Below, one piece after another: positions 37,400-49,899 of a DNA stretch of 64,000 nucleotides. A program made the translations under genes and the position numbers. Position 1 is the first letter of the stretch, and each line of letters opens with the position of its first letter. The DNA is from Klebsormidium nitens (taxonomy: Eukaryota; Plantae; Klebsormidiophyceae). The DNA is taken from contig DF237201.1 in the NCBI GenBank assembly GCA_000708835.1, positions 57,308 to 121,307 on the forward strand. The letters are read 5' to 3'. Below the pieces are notes generated by a model. It was not told the origin of the DNA, ran no database searches, and worked only from the letters and a program-made list of their open reading frames with translations.

Positions 37400-40300
37400 A
37401 ACCGCATTGTGCACCTGGTTTCCAGGTGCGAATGCGTTCTGCCCCTTCAGAAGGTTCAGGCTACTTCATGGTCGGTACGTCAATACGGCTGAAGTGCAGA
37501 AGTGGGTGCATGTTCCTTCGATTTTCTACCACTAGTGGAGCGCGCTACCTCTCGAACGTTAGCTGCTCGTGATAGCTGACATCACCATGCGGTACCAGAA
37601 CTTTTAAGGATGATAAGAGTTCATTTACGAACGTTTGTGTTGGGCCTCAAAGCTCAGCAAATCCTGAAATCCCTGGACTTTGAGGGGCCTTGTCCGGATC
37701 GAGTTTCTTCCGGCAACGGACGTCGGAGCCGTCGGAACTCCTCAGAACCGATGACTTTGGGTGGACCCAAAGTCATTTCCGCGAGTCTGTGTGTTACTCG
37801 CTATCACGAGTCGGCGCTCTTGATAGGCACCGCATTCAAGCAGCAAAAGAGGGAGCGACTACAGTAATAAACATAATAAGCTGACCTTCGATCGCTTGAA
37901 CACTCATCATTCCGGATCTCGGAATCGATATGAACCGAGCCCTCATGACCAAGTGAAAAGACCGCTGCCAGCTAGCGTCCATTTTACAATCCTTAAAGCA
38001 AGAGAAGCTCTGCCGCATATCTTCGAAGCAGAAATTCTATTCTGCCACTTGTTGTCGAGGATGCTGGCTCTCTTAGCCCACTGCTCCGTAAGGTGAAGAA
38101 TGGGCTAGGTCAATCTGGGAAGCCGGAACTTTTAGCTTTTCGCATTGAGAACTACGATTGCCTGAAGTTCTCTGCATTGGAAGCCTTTATTGTGTCGAAC
38201 CACTGGCTTGCTGTCTGCCTGGCGATGAGCTGGGGCTTCTAAGATACTGCGAGCGCCACGTCAAGTGGCCGCTCAAGTGAACGATCCCTTCTTGAAGCCA
38301 GGATCTCAAACGGAATCATCCCTCTATATTTGGGCGGCGCCGTATAAGAGAAAGTTGGAGGATGCAATTGATCATGATCGATATGACTGAGTTTCTCTGC
38401 AAATATTGGCACCAACTCCGACCGTTGGACTCCCACCAAATTTCGATCCTTGGGAAAGATCAAACAATACTCCCATTTGTCAGCGGACCCTATCTTTCCT
38501 ATCCACTCTAAATTTTCTGTGCTTGATCCTGCTTGGCTGTTGTTTGAAGTTTCTAGAAATTGGACAGGATTTTGCGGTCATGCAAAAGCGGTCAGCTGAG
38601 ACTTCAATGAGTTGCATGCGAATATGAAACTCATTTGACAGATTCCTCGGCTTTTTGAACCACCTAGTCTTGTATCGCGGTTGATAAAAGCCGGTTCATG
38701 TGGCACAAGGACCTCAAGCCAGGTGGATACTACCATGCGAACGGTTTCTGCGCTAGTTCTGCATTTAGAACTTATGGAAGCTCTGGATCTGGCCTGTGCT
38801 GGCAAGACGTTCGACACTGCGTTCATCAGGGCTGATGGCTCTGATGGGCACTGACAATCGAGCACGGTCGAGCACGGTCGAGTGCTTGAAAGTCGCAATC
38901 ACCTCCCTGAGCCGGGAAGCCAGACTGAAGCCGGATAGCAACGAAAATTTTGGTGGCCCAGCAGAAGTTGAGAGGAAATCCAATCCGCCCAAAAGAACTT
39001 GCTGAACTCGATGAAGACAATCTTCTCAAGCCGGCGAGCTTCGCATTGAGCGGATTTGATGGCCATTTGATGGCCAAATGTGTCTGATTCATAGGGCGCT
39101 TTGGCTTAAGGTTCCTGTGTGTGACAGACAACTTGGGGCTTACAGGAGGGTACGAGCGTTTCCAAGGGCCAAGGCTTAAACTCAGAACAGTACCCTGATT
39201 CACATAGAACAAGTTCTGAATCACCGCGCTTGATTCCAAGTCGATTTGTATCGATATGTTGCAGTAAAAGGCATCCATTGATCGATGATTACAGTTGCTT
39301 AGACTAGTCCCAGCGGTTGTCCTTTCAAGCAGGTGGTCGAATGGAGCCGGCCGATGATGGATTCCGACTACAGATGAGCATCAACGCTAATGGCGCTAGC
39401 TCATTTGCGCCCATCCACAGCAGTACTTCTGAAGGCCGGCTTCTGTGATTGGCAGTCTTGAAAGCACTTTACGGTGACCTGATGAAGCCCGTTTCTGTAG
39501 TACTAGTACTGCATCACCACTGCAAAATGTTGACTCTGCGTCTTCAAATCCCCTTTTGCAGTGCTCTTCAAATCACGCCTTTTGTGCTCGAGACAAATTA
39601 TATTGGTCAAGCAAGTCAGCGCTTGAAACGAAGTGAACGGCACCACTACTTTTATGGTCGCGTATTTGGGTACAAGTTGGTTCTTCTAGCTTGTGACATG
39701 TCTCTTGAAACGCGTTCGCACATGAACCGTGCGTTTTCCTTCTGAGGATGCAGAACCCTACTGAAATGGATTGGAAATGAGAGCACGTGGGGTACACGCG
39801 TTACCCGAATGACTACAACCACGACTGGAAGTAGGCCTTGATTCGAAGGGGTACGGCTTCGATCCCTGAAGTGCAGGGGAGTAACCAAGGCCGTTGTGCC
39901 GTGTGACGCCACCAGCAGGAAGTACGCGCGCTTGTAGGTCCCACATGAATCATTGCAAGTTTCCAAAGAGATATCCTTCTTTCGAGCCATCCAGAAGGTG
40001 TTCTTGCGATTCGTTTCTCAAAAAATATCCACCTCAGAAGCCAAGCGGCGGTTCCGAGCCAAAGGGTTTGGTGCGCAGTGTGGTCGAACCGTGTGCCCTT
40101 TTATAACATGCGCCGCCAGCGTAACCGTCTGACAAAGAAAGCCCCAGCATCTCCTCGATCGCCAATACAGATTTCAAGAAGTGCGAGAAACCAATTTGTA
40201 ACGGGACGACATTGAAACACTTTGTTTGCTAGCCCGCTCAGATTTCCTCTAAAAGCAGCATTCGCCACCACGCCAGTAGGCCTCGATTAAAGTTGCGAGC

Positions 40301-42200
40301 AAACGTCGAGATTGCACCCAAAGGCTTGTTGGGCTCCTTTGAACACGTGAAGACAGCCGGCCGGAGTCTAATCACATAAGCTGTGGTTTTGGCAGGAATG
40401 TCGGTATTCAGAGAGTTAGATTCCGCGTCGGCCTTTTCTTCGACTATTTCATGCATTGGATGGCTCTCGAATTGCTAAGTGCAAGTGATCGGCCATGACT
40501 TTGAGTGCCAGATACCTGGAATTCGTTTGATATCCATTCTTGGTGAGCATTGTCTTGGATGCCGTCTAAGCAGCTGAGGTTGTTGTTCTGCTCGAATATC
40601 TTAGGTCGCGTGTGTGGCAGGAACGTCATTCGAAGCACCATCTATGTAATACATCTTGGCATGCCATCAGCTTTCGCGCAGATTGTTCAACTTGGCTTCT
40701 CTTTTGAAACGGCCAAGGTCTCTTAATTGAGACGGAGATTCTTGTTTCACCTTTTCATGAGTCCCAGAACATTATGTACTGTTTCAGAACCATATTATCT
40801 ATGATTTTGAGACTCGCCCGTATTTAGAGCGTTGCTTGGAAACGTGTGAAGTCTGGATTCAGAAGTCTAGTCAGCGGAGCCCGTCAGTACATTGTGGCCC
40901 TGATACCCGGACGCAAACCGAGCAGCATAAGTGCGTGGTCATCCGCCACGGTCGCTTGCACCATCTCGATGTTCTGATGCTGATTCACTGGATCAAAGGC
41001 TCTGGGCATCTCCCCTTTCCTTTCTTCTGCTTGTGAAGCGTTACGCTTCACGGCCTTGCCTGTTGGTGTGGAAGGAGCTGCTCACATTAACGACGTCTCA
41101 GGCCGCTAGCCGGGAGGAATAATCATCACGTACAAACCGGTACGAACGAGGTACACCGGCAGGAACCGCGCTGGATTCGGATGCAGTACAACACGCAACG
41201 ATAATTTGGTAGCTGATTGGCAGGACGGATAACCTCAGCTGGCCGCTTTCTATTTGCGTATGACTGTCAAAAGGCAGACCCATTGTGATTGATAATTCGT
41301 GGCAGCTTAGGAACAAAGTTTTCGCTGGTTTGATTCCAAAGCGGAAGAAGCGCATGCCACGTGCAGGGAGCGTCTAGCTCTTACCAAGTGTAAAGGCGTT
41401 TGGTTTGAAGACGATCTAGCCGAGCCACGGCCGTGATTCAGTGGAAACATTTGAGCAGGCTCGACCGTGCTTAAGCTTTTTTCAGTACTTCATGACGCCA
41501 GGGAGGGATTGGGCTCACCGGCATCCTATTTTGATGTCAAGTTTGACTCTAGCTCTATCCCATTCGGTTCAAATTGGTTCATTACCGGGGTACAGACTTC
41601 AATCTGATTGAGACGTGTTTCTGAGTGACAGTTGCTAGTGAAAGGCTTATGAGTCGGATCTAGGTTCTAACTTTACTCGCTCTCGATGGCTGACGGGATC
41701 GGTAGTCACCGTGAAATTTGGTGGCATCTACTGCTTGTCCAGCTCAGAGGGCTTCCTCTCCCTCATTTCGTGCATTTTGCGCGAGGTGCCCGATCAAAGA
41801 TTTGCACTGACGAGGGGCATCAATTTCAAATATGGAATCCTTACTGAGGTTCCTCTCTCAGTTGCCAGCTTTTTTTACTGACGGAAACTTCAAAGTGGGT
41901 CACATTTACTGCAACATTCAGACGCTTCCGAACGCTGGCGTTGTTATCGTCTCCGCGCGAATGTTTTTTCGCGTTTCGCCCCTTTTCTTGCAGTGCCGAT
42001 GCTAGAATCTTTCTCACACGAAAGAGCCGAGGAAGTGGCAGAAAGCGAGGATACGTTCTCCCCGGAATATTTTCTCTGAACTTACTTTCCTAAGTGAGGA
42101 TCAGGTGACTAGAGCCACCTGCGCATGTCTGCGGGCTATATATCGGAAAGCCGTCCCAGTTTCTTTAACCAGTCGTCAACATTCTTGCATGCCGCATGTA
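37400..42200 (-). pseudogene. Decayed long ORF (cluster 2); near-continuous frames over about 3 kb
   Basis: ORFs 38578-38898, 38239-38463 and 37836-38018 lie in or next to one frame joined by single stops. 39797 and 39278 share a frame. No intron gaps apparent. Confidence 0.6.
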
Positions 42201-45200
42201 TAATTCCTCTCATGAACGTAAAAGGGACACCAACTTGAAGTCGCTGTATTTCCGGACTCATGCCTTCTGCTCGTTCCACAAAGCAAACTTCCCAACGGTC
42301 TACTGCCGACAATGACTAGAAAGATTCATGGGCTGTTTAGTAGCCTAATCCGGCTTGATCGATCCGCAAGCAAATTAGTCGGCGATGATTCCGCCATCAT
42401 CCCGCGTGAAATTACCGTATGTGACGTTTTCGCCGCGTTACTGGATCAGAATCGCCGCACTCTTTTGCTTTTCCAAGGCCCTCCGTTCTCAAATTTCTTT
42501 AAACCGTCCGCCACCAGCGGAAGGCGCGGGCCTGTCATCAGATACAAACGTTTGGATGCTAGCTGCCAATCATTGATTGTGCATGCGCCTGTTGTCACTG
42601 CTCTTCGATGTGCAAGCGTCCTCGAAGATCAGCTTGAAAGGTGGTTATGACTTTGGGGCCCTTTGTGTGGTTTTTGGCTTTTCTCACGCGAGCAAATACG
42701 TCTAGTCACATGTGTTGTAGCGGACACCTGCTGCTCCAAGTCTGATTGGGCGCCTTGACGAACAGTTCTTTTCTGCCAGCACACGATCCGCAAGAACAGA
42801 CAGGTCAAAATGCGCGCACTCATTTCCCGAACGGAAACTAGCTACCTCAAACCTGACTTGAGGTGTCCTATATAGTTATTTTCCTCGAGGCGCCTTCCGT
42901 CGATATTCGATTACCATCCAATTGCTGATTGCTCGACTCTTTTTCCCGTTGTGCAATTCGTGCGCGGGTACCCCCAAGAGCAATCGACACGCCCATTGGA
43001 GGCCTCAGATATTCAAAGCAAACTTTTTAAATCCTTCCAAGTCCCTTCGGTTGCTTTGACAAAGTCGGAATTACAGACGTTGAGGAAGATTCGGACTTGC
43101 TATGTTCGAATTGTTCAATAGGATTCGATGGGCTGGCCGGCGATCATCAAAGAATTGCCTTGCCGCAGCTCGAAGCAACGCCGCGGCACAAACCTTTGAA
43201 ATTCTTTCTGAAAGCCGTCAACTGGGATGAGACGTCTCGGGTTGTGAGATAAGCTGTCAGGGCCCGCAGTACCTGAGGGTAAGGACGGAAATTATTCTGT
43301 AACCGTCCAACAAGTCGTCGGAGTCGTGTTTGGCTAGGGACAAGTTGACGTATAACGTTGGGCTCATCCCTGGCTCATCTGGTGCTCTTCTAGACTTCGT
43401 TCAATCGCCGTCAAACTTCGAGCGGCTGGAAGTGTTCTTGCACGCATTTTTATGCAGCTGGATTGAGAAATGCTCAGGCTGCTCCGGTCCTGCAATACTG
43501 ACGCATATAAGAGTTGCATAGCTTGACATACTGCAGGGCTTACGTTTTTGGTCATGGAAAGAACAAGCACGTGTTTTGCTCTTGTTGAAAATCTTCTGGA
43601 GGCGCGAAGTTCTAGATGATTAGAGTACGAGCAAACGTCGAGATTCCACCCAAAGGCTTGTTGGGCTCCTTCAAATACGTGAAGACAGAAGACAGCCGGC
43701 TGGAGTTTAGTCACATAAGCTGTGGTTTTGGCAGGAATGTCGGTATTCAGAGAGTTAAGTTCCGCGTTGGCCTTTTCTTCGACTATTTCATGCATTGGAT
43801 GGCTCTCGAATTGCTAAGTGCAAGTGATCGGCCATGACTTTGAGTGCCAGATACCTGGAATTCGTTTGATATCCATTCTTGGTGAGCATTGTCTTGGATG
43901 CCGTCTAAGCAGCTGAGGTTGTTGTTCTGCTCGAATATCTTAGGTCGCGTGTGTGGCAGGAACGTCATTCGAAGCACCATCTATGTAATACATCTTGGCA
44001 TGCCATTTGCTTTCGCGCAGATTGTTCAACTTGGCTTCTCTTTCGAAACGGTCAAGATCTCTCAATTGAGACTGAGATTCTTGTTTCACCTTTCATGAGT
44101 CCCGGAACGTACATTATGTACTGTTTCAGAACCATACTACGATTTTGAGACTTGCCCGTATTTAGAGCGTTGCTTGGAAACGTGTGAAGACTGGAATTTT
44201 AATTCTAGTCAGCGGAGCCCGTCAGTACATTGTGGCGGCGATAACTTGACGCAAACCGATCAGGATAACTGCGTGCTCGACCAGCCATGCACGATAATTG
44301 GTGCACCAGTTTAGTGTTCTGATGCTGATCCGATAGAAGAAAGGCCTTGCGATCCCCCCTTTCTTTTCCTCTTTTCTGCTTGTGAAGCGTTACGCTTCAC
44401 GGCCTGGCCTTTTGATTTGATAAGAGCTGCACACATCAATGACGCCTCAGGACGCTAGCCGTCGAGATGAGATTATATTAAAACCTCTACGAACGATCGG
44501 AGGTACACGGCAGGAGCTAGCCGCGCTAGATTTGGATGGCGTATGCACTAAAACGCGCAATATCTTGTCATTATTTGTTGAATGGCAGGATGCATCTCAG
44601 TTGGCTCTCATTTTGTAGACTATCAAACGCAGTTTCCTCGTGGTCCGGAATATGCAGCCGCTTGGACTCGGAAACAAGACTCTGCTTTTCTGACCGCAAA
44701 GCGGGAAAGTCTCCAAGCCACATGGCAGCGTCTCGTACCCAGTGTAAGGCATTCGGTCCACCGAATATCCACCAGCCGCGGCCGTGATGCAGTGGAAGCA
44801 CTTTGAGGAGGCTCAAACCGTGCTCAAGCCTTTTTCAGAACGTTTTGATGCCATATAACTTTGACGTCTTTCTGAGTAGATTCGCTTGTCAAGGGCTTAT
44901 TCTGAGTCTGGCAGCACTGTTTTATTATACCGCTCTGATGACCGACGGGACGATCAGTAGGCGTCTCAGATTCAGTGGCATCGGACTTGCATTTGGCTGC
45001 TTGTCCAGATCAAAGGCCCCCTCACTTCATGAATTTTGCGCCATTTCTCAATTCGAAGATTGGCAATGAAGAGCGACATTTCCAAACGTGAACCCTTCCT
45101 GTAGTTCCTGTCTCAGATGCCAGCTTTTTATGATGCTTGTACCTAGCCTGCATTGGGGTTCCGTTTTACAACAACAATGATTCATCAGACGCTTCCGAAC

Positions 45201-45400
45201 GCTGTCGTTGATTCGTCTCAGCGCGAATGATCTTTCGCATGGGCCCCCCTGTTCCAGCCTATGCTAGGCGTTCTCTCACACGAAAGGGCCGAGGCAGTAG
45301 AAAAAGCGAGAACACGTTCTCTCGGGACCAATTCTCCGCTGAACTTACTATCTGGAATATAAATCAGATAGTCAGAGCTCCCTGTCTCATGCGTGCGACT
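40285..45400. repeat. Direct duplication 40285-42130 / 43620-45400 (offset ~3.34 kb)
   Basis: Identical 238-bp core (40430-40667 = 43769-44006) and duplicated ORF MVLRMTFLPHTRPK...; flanks progressively more diverged. Confidence 0.9.
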
Positions 45401-48400
45401 TCCACAATCTCTATTGCTTCAAGAAAATGGATCAAGTACTCTGCAGCTTTATCCCTTCGTTCTATTTCCTTAACCAAGTGTAGCATGCTCGTGACGTCAT
45501 CGAAACCAGCTCTTGAGCTGAAATTTTTTCGATGTAAAGTGTCCTGAAGCGACTACAGATACTACCTAAACGGATGTTAAGCAGTTTGCGATCATCCGCT
45601 GGACCGCGCAGGCCTGCTCTTTCCTTTATTGTTGGAGCAGCTGCGGTCCGTCCTTTAAGCCTTTTTACCCGAGTCCTTGACAGAAAAGTCGATTATCGTT
45701 GGCCCGGGTCGCATTGGTAACTGACATGTGCTGCTTTATCAGAAAGAAATTTCGAAAGTTGCCCGCAAACGACCCTCAAACTGGAGGCGTGAACTGAGCG
45801 CGTCGACTACTCATGAGAGTCAGAAATGCACGACGTGGGAGCTTTCTAAAGCGTCTTCACCTTTTAGGCCCAGGCATTGGCACTCGAATTGGGGACTCAC
45901 CGTCTGAGACGCTTGATCATCTTTCTCAGTTCAAATACAACGAAAAGAGAGTGTTCTTTAAAGCGGACGTGTTCGTGCGTAGAGCTGTCCCTTTTCTGAA
46001 GCGATCTGAGCGTTGCGCGCGCGGCGCGTTCCGGCGATAGTTGTCTAATGGAGAGGCATGTAGCGCTATGAGGTCTCCCTGTTCTGCACCTTCCCTTGCG
46101 TTCCACGCATCATCGACTGGTTTGACCTCATTGCATGCCACGTGGCCTTGAATATCAAAGCTTTGGGGCAACCCTGTTCAGCGCATGCGTGCTGATCTAA
46201 GTTTTGAACGCCCCGATGAGCCGCGTTGAACCTTGATATTCTTTGCCGTCCTGGGTTTGACTTGATAGCCCAGATGGGGATTCTCTCGCGCTTGCTCATC
46301 AGCGAGGCTTTGGGTCGCTTTTTGATTTCCTAGCTGCCGTAGCGGCCAGTCTTATGAATCTCTTTTGAAACATTATACGGTGGGCAGATTCTTGGCTTCG
46401 AAGGTCGGAATACGCTGGACGGTTCACGCTGCATTTGGTTGCCATGCCAAGAATAGCTTTTCTTGCAAGCCGACTTGTTTACACCATTATCGCGGTCCCC
46501 TTACGAGTGAAGGCCCGCTTTTCAGCCAGCCAAAAAGCAGAGCATTTCGCATCCTGCTGGCACGCGTAATTTATCGGACCGAAACTGTCTTTCACGACAT
46601 CTCATGAGGTTGGTAAGATTTACCCGGCTGCACAACTTGTGCGCGCCCTCGTATGCCTTTTGATCTAAGAACAGTTGGGCTGTTGATCTGTTGGGCTGTT
46701 GGGCTGTCTTCGATTGCGTTCTGATTCCTGCACAGCATACGCGAACGGCGCCCGCATAATTTCTTTTGGAGACGTACACGCCTGGTACGGATCAACATCA
46801 GAAGGTCGCTCACATCACAACCAACACTTTCGCTGCGGCCTCGAAAGGTTAGGAAATCTGACCACGGCGAATCTTTTCAATGACGCCCCGGCGTTGACAA
46901 CCGATGCCACGGACCTCGACTCTGTCGCAAGGTTTCTTTGGTCTGTGTTATCTTTCCTCCCCTCTGCAGGTCTGAACTATTTCGACGTCCTATAATCGCA
47001 CAGTACAAGGTTTTGAAGCATGAGTCTGTTCCGGGTTTTCTTGGGGCCTTTTTCGGATACTTACCGTTATGAGAAGGATGCAGGAACTACCGTGCGCTGC
47101 TCTCATCAAAGCGGCATGCGGTAAGCTCTGGCAACAGAGGAATGGCGGTGAAGAAAAGCCCAGAAATCCCGCATGCAGCGGGAAGAGCAATTCGTGGGGA
47201 GTTTCTGACGCTAAGCACTTACATTTCGGAACCATGAGCGGCAATAGAGAGCTATCCGACGAACGGAAAGATTCAATCTGCCTTTTCTTTTGAAACGGAT
47301 GAACGACTCAAGTGACAGAATGGCGTCCAAGCGCAGCTGGCTTGATCGGACACCAGCTCCGATGCAGTGGTTAGAGGACGTTGAGCCGTAGTGGACGCCC
47401 GTAGCCCCGCTAATCCGCTCTCGTGCTTTATAAGCTAGCGGGTTTTGGGCTTTTCCTGATCATGGCACTTAATTCTGAGCAGTTTGGCAAGTGGCCACGA
47501 TCTTATTGCACCGCCCTAAATATACGTCAGGCTCAGGACGCAAGGACCGTGGTTCAGGAAGTTTGAACCATCCGTAATGGATGCACGTTCTCAATGGAAT
47601 AGCTCGTAATCTCGCCGTGTGTCTGGACATTATTTGCGTCCTCAGCGGATTATGGCTTGTTGAGGTGGAGGGGCCCGATGTCAGGGTGAAAAAGACCGGG
47701 GCTTATAAGTCACGGAAAGTAAACGTCGTTCTGAAGCTGGCCGGATCCGCTCTCGTCTTATGTACGCAGCTCTCTTAGACGCTGGACGATCGCTGTTGTT
47801 AATGGTAGCTGCAGGTTGATTGGCCATGATCTGAGTCGCCAGAAAAAGTGGCCTCCTCTCAAAGTATGAGAGCGTAGCTTTCAGAGCGGCTCGTGAAGCC
47901 ATTTGAGGAAGCATTTACTCTTTGTCTGCCTAGTATGCTGGGTCTCTACTCACCAGCTTGTGCAACAAGCACCTTACGAAGTGACGCGGCCCATTCAAAG
48001 CTGTCCTACGAAAATTCCTTTGAGCGTTTGCACCACGAGAGAATGGATCTGGTCAAAATGCAAAGAATCTTGACGATCGGATTAACAGGACTTCCCGCAG
48101 ACTTGCCAGTGTGCAAAGCGGTGTGTGCGAATGTACGTTGGTCCAGCCGTCGACAGCTTCTTTCAGGGCTCCGTGAATATTCTTTGGCAATGATGGTCCG
48201 ATTTGACACACTTCGAGCAAAATGATGCTGTCAAGTCCAACGCTGTCAGCGGCTCAAAAGCCAAAAGACGCCACCTGGTCACTAGATGCTGCTACGTGCG
48301 ACAAAATCTTGGAGAACGTGCTCTTTCTGTCTCGAGAGTTTGAAAACTAAGGTTCACGACGCGCCCCACTGGGGAGGAGAGGACGCGTCTTATTGGGTAG

Positions 48401-49603
48401 GCGAGGTTGCTCTTCATACGACTCCTCAAGAAGGCGAGCTTGAGGCCTTCAGGGGTGGATGGTTACCCGCTGCGCGTAACTTACAGCCCCGCTTGACAGC
48501 AGACTACCCGCCCGCTCCATCTATACTGAAGCAATACTGATGCGCGCGCATTAAAATTGCGGACGGATCTGGAACGCTTATTCAACAGTAGCATGAGAGG
48601 TGCCGTTCTGTTGGATTTCTGCACGCCAGTTTCGACCTGGAGTGGGATGTCGCCAGAAAGAGCGCCGCAAACGGCGCCAGTGGTCCTCTTGTAGTGTGCA
48701 GCCCGTTAGATTATACCTTCACGGTATTCGAAGATTGTCGCACTAGTTAAGCAGTGAGATCTTTTGTCCAGCAATAACATCCATCCACTTTTATGCTAGT
48801 ACCATAATACAATGTTGAAATAGGTCGTCAGGCATGAAATTCGCTGGCCTGTAATGAAACCCGACCTGAATCTGAGCAGGCAACTTGTCATGGTGTATTT
48901 CAACACTGACACAGATGTCTCTACCGGGCATCTCGAGCTGCAACTTGCTGCTCTACGGTACATCTTCCGTGACTGTAGGTGCCTCACTTCTGAACGTGCG
49001 CGTTTCCGCGCTCGTACCTAATCCCGTCTGGTGGGTCGGTCTCTTCTAAAACGGCCCCATTTATACCGTTACATGAGATGAAGGTTGATTGATCGACTAT
49101 GAAAATGGATTTCTAAATTGCTGTAATCTGAACCCGTTCGGCAGAGAAGCTGCTATGGATTCTGGCTCTTGCCTGAGAAAACGGCCAGCAACGTCATCCT
49201 GGATAGTTCTGACGCCGTTTTAATACTCATAGATGATGTTCTCGTGGTTTGCCCGTCTTAAACAGCTGGGCGAAGATTAATATACAGTGAAATCAACCTT
49301 CGACACTCAAAACGTCATCGAGACGTTGTCTTGAAAGTTCTCCCGGTGCTAGAAGCGCAACTTTCGGAAGTAAACGGAACGCTTCTCATCGGAGTGGTTC
49401 TTCTTCCAATCAAGTGCCTTCAAGCTGCACGTCTGGCTATATGCGCTTGAAAACCCTTTCCGCCTCGAGAAAAGAGGTATTGAGAAGTTGCGGGTTCCTC
49501 CTTGTGAAGGAGAGTTAAGTATGTATCGGATAGTGGCATCTTGGGACAGAAAGAATATCTCCGACCGGGTTTCTTCCAGTCTCCCGACCAAAGTCTCCTG
49601 CAT
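42200..49603 (-). pseudogene. Decayed long ORF(s) (cluster 2), possible start MQETLVG at 49603
   Basis: LKVLPLHHGRGWWIFGG (44571-44816) and CLHVFEGAQQAFGWNLDVCS (43364-43795). 47460-49330 aligns with 52200-54200. Confidence 0.55.
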
Positions 49604-49788
49604 AGCTGGGGCGCGCGGCGCGCTCCCTCAACTGTTGATGCATCAAGTTCAGTGAGACCACGTGAAAAGACTTTTGTCCATGTCATTATCAGTCAAGAAA
49701 AGCGGAGCCGTGACGCTACAAAACACCATTTCGCGAGCTGACGCAATGCATAGTTCCGACTTCAGATGCCATTCAGCTATCATGCAAT

Positions 49789-49861
49789 GCGCGCGCACGG
49801 GCGGGCGCGGGCGGGAGTGGCGCGGGGGCCGGGAGCGCGCGCGCGCCACGCGCGGCACCGG
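49789..49861. promoter_or_regulatory. GC-box/CpG-rich patch, possible promoter of the minus-strand unit
   Basis: Nearly pure G/C with GGGCGG and (GC)n runs, about 190 bp upstream of the ATG at 49603. Similar patches lie near the CAT 5' end (32400-32460) and at 63820. Confidence 0.3.
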
Positions 49862-49899
49862 CTGTTTCGCTGTCCTCTTTACTGAACAGGACAGCAAAC

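Noticed and set aside
40285-45400. Direct repeats as LTRs of a retrotransposon
   Set aside because: The repeats are themselves decayed coding sequence, lack TG..CA ends, PBS and PPT, and no gag/pol motifs lie between them.
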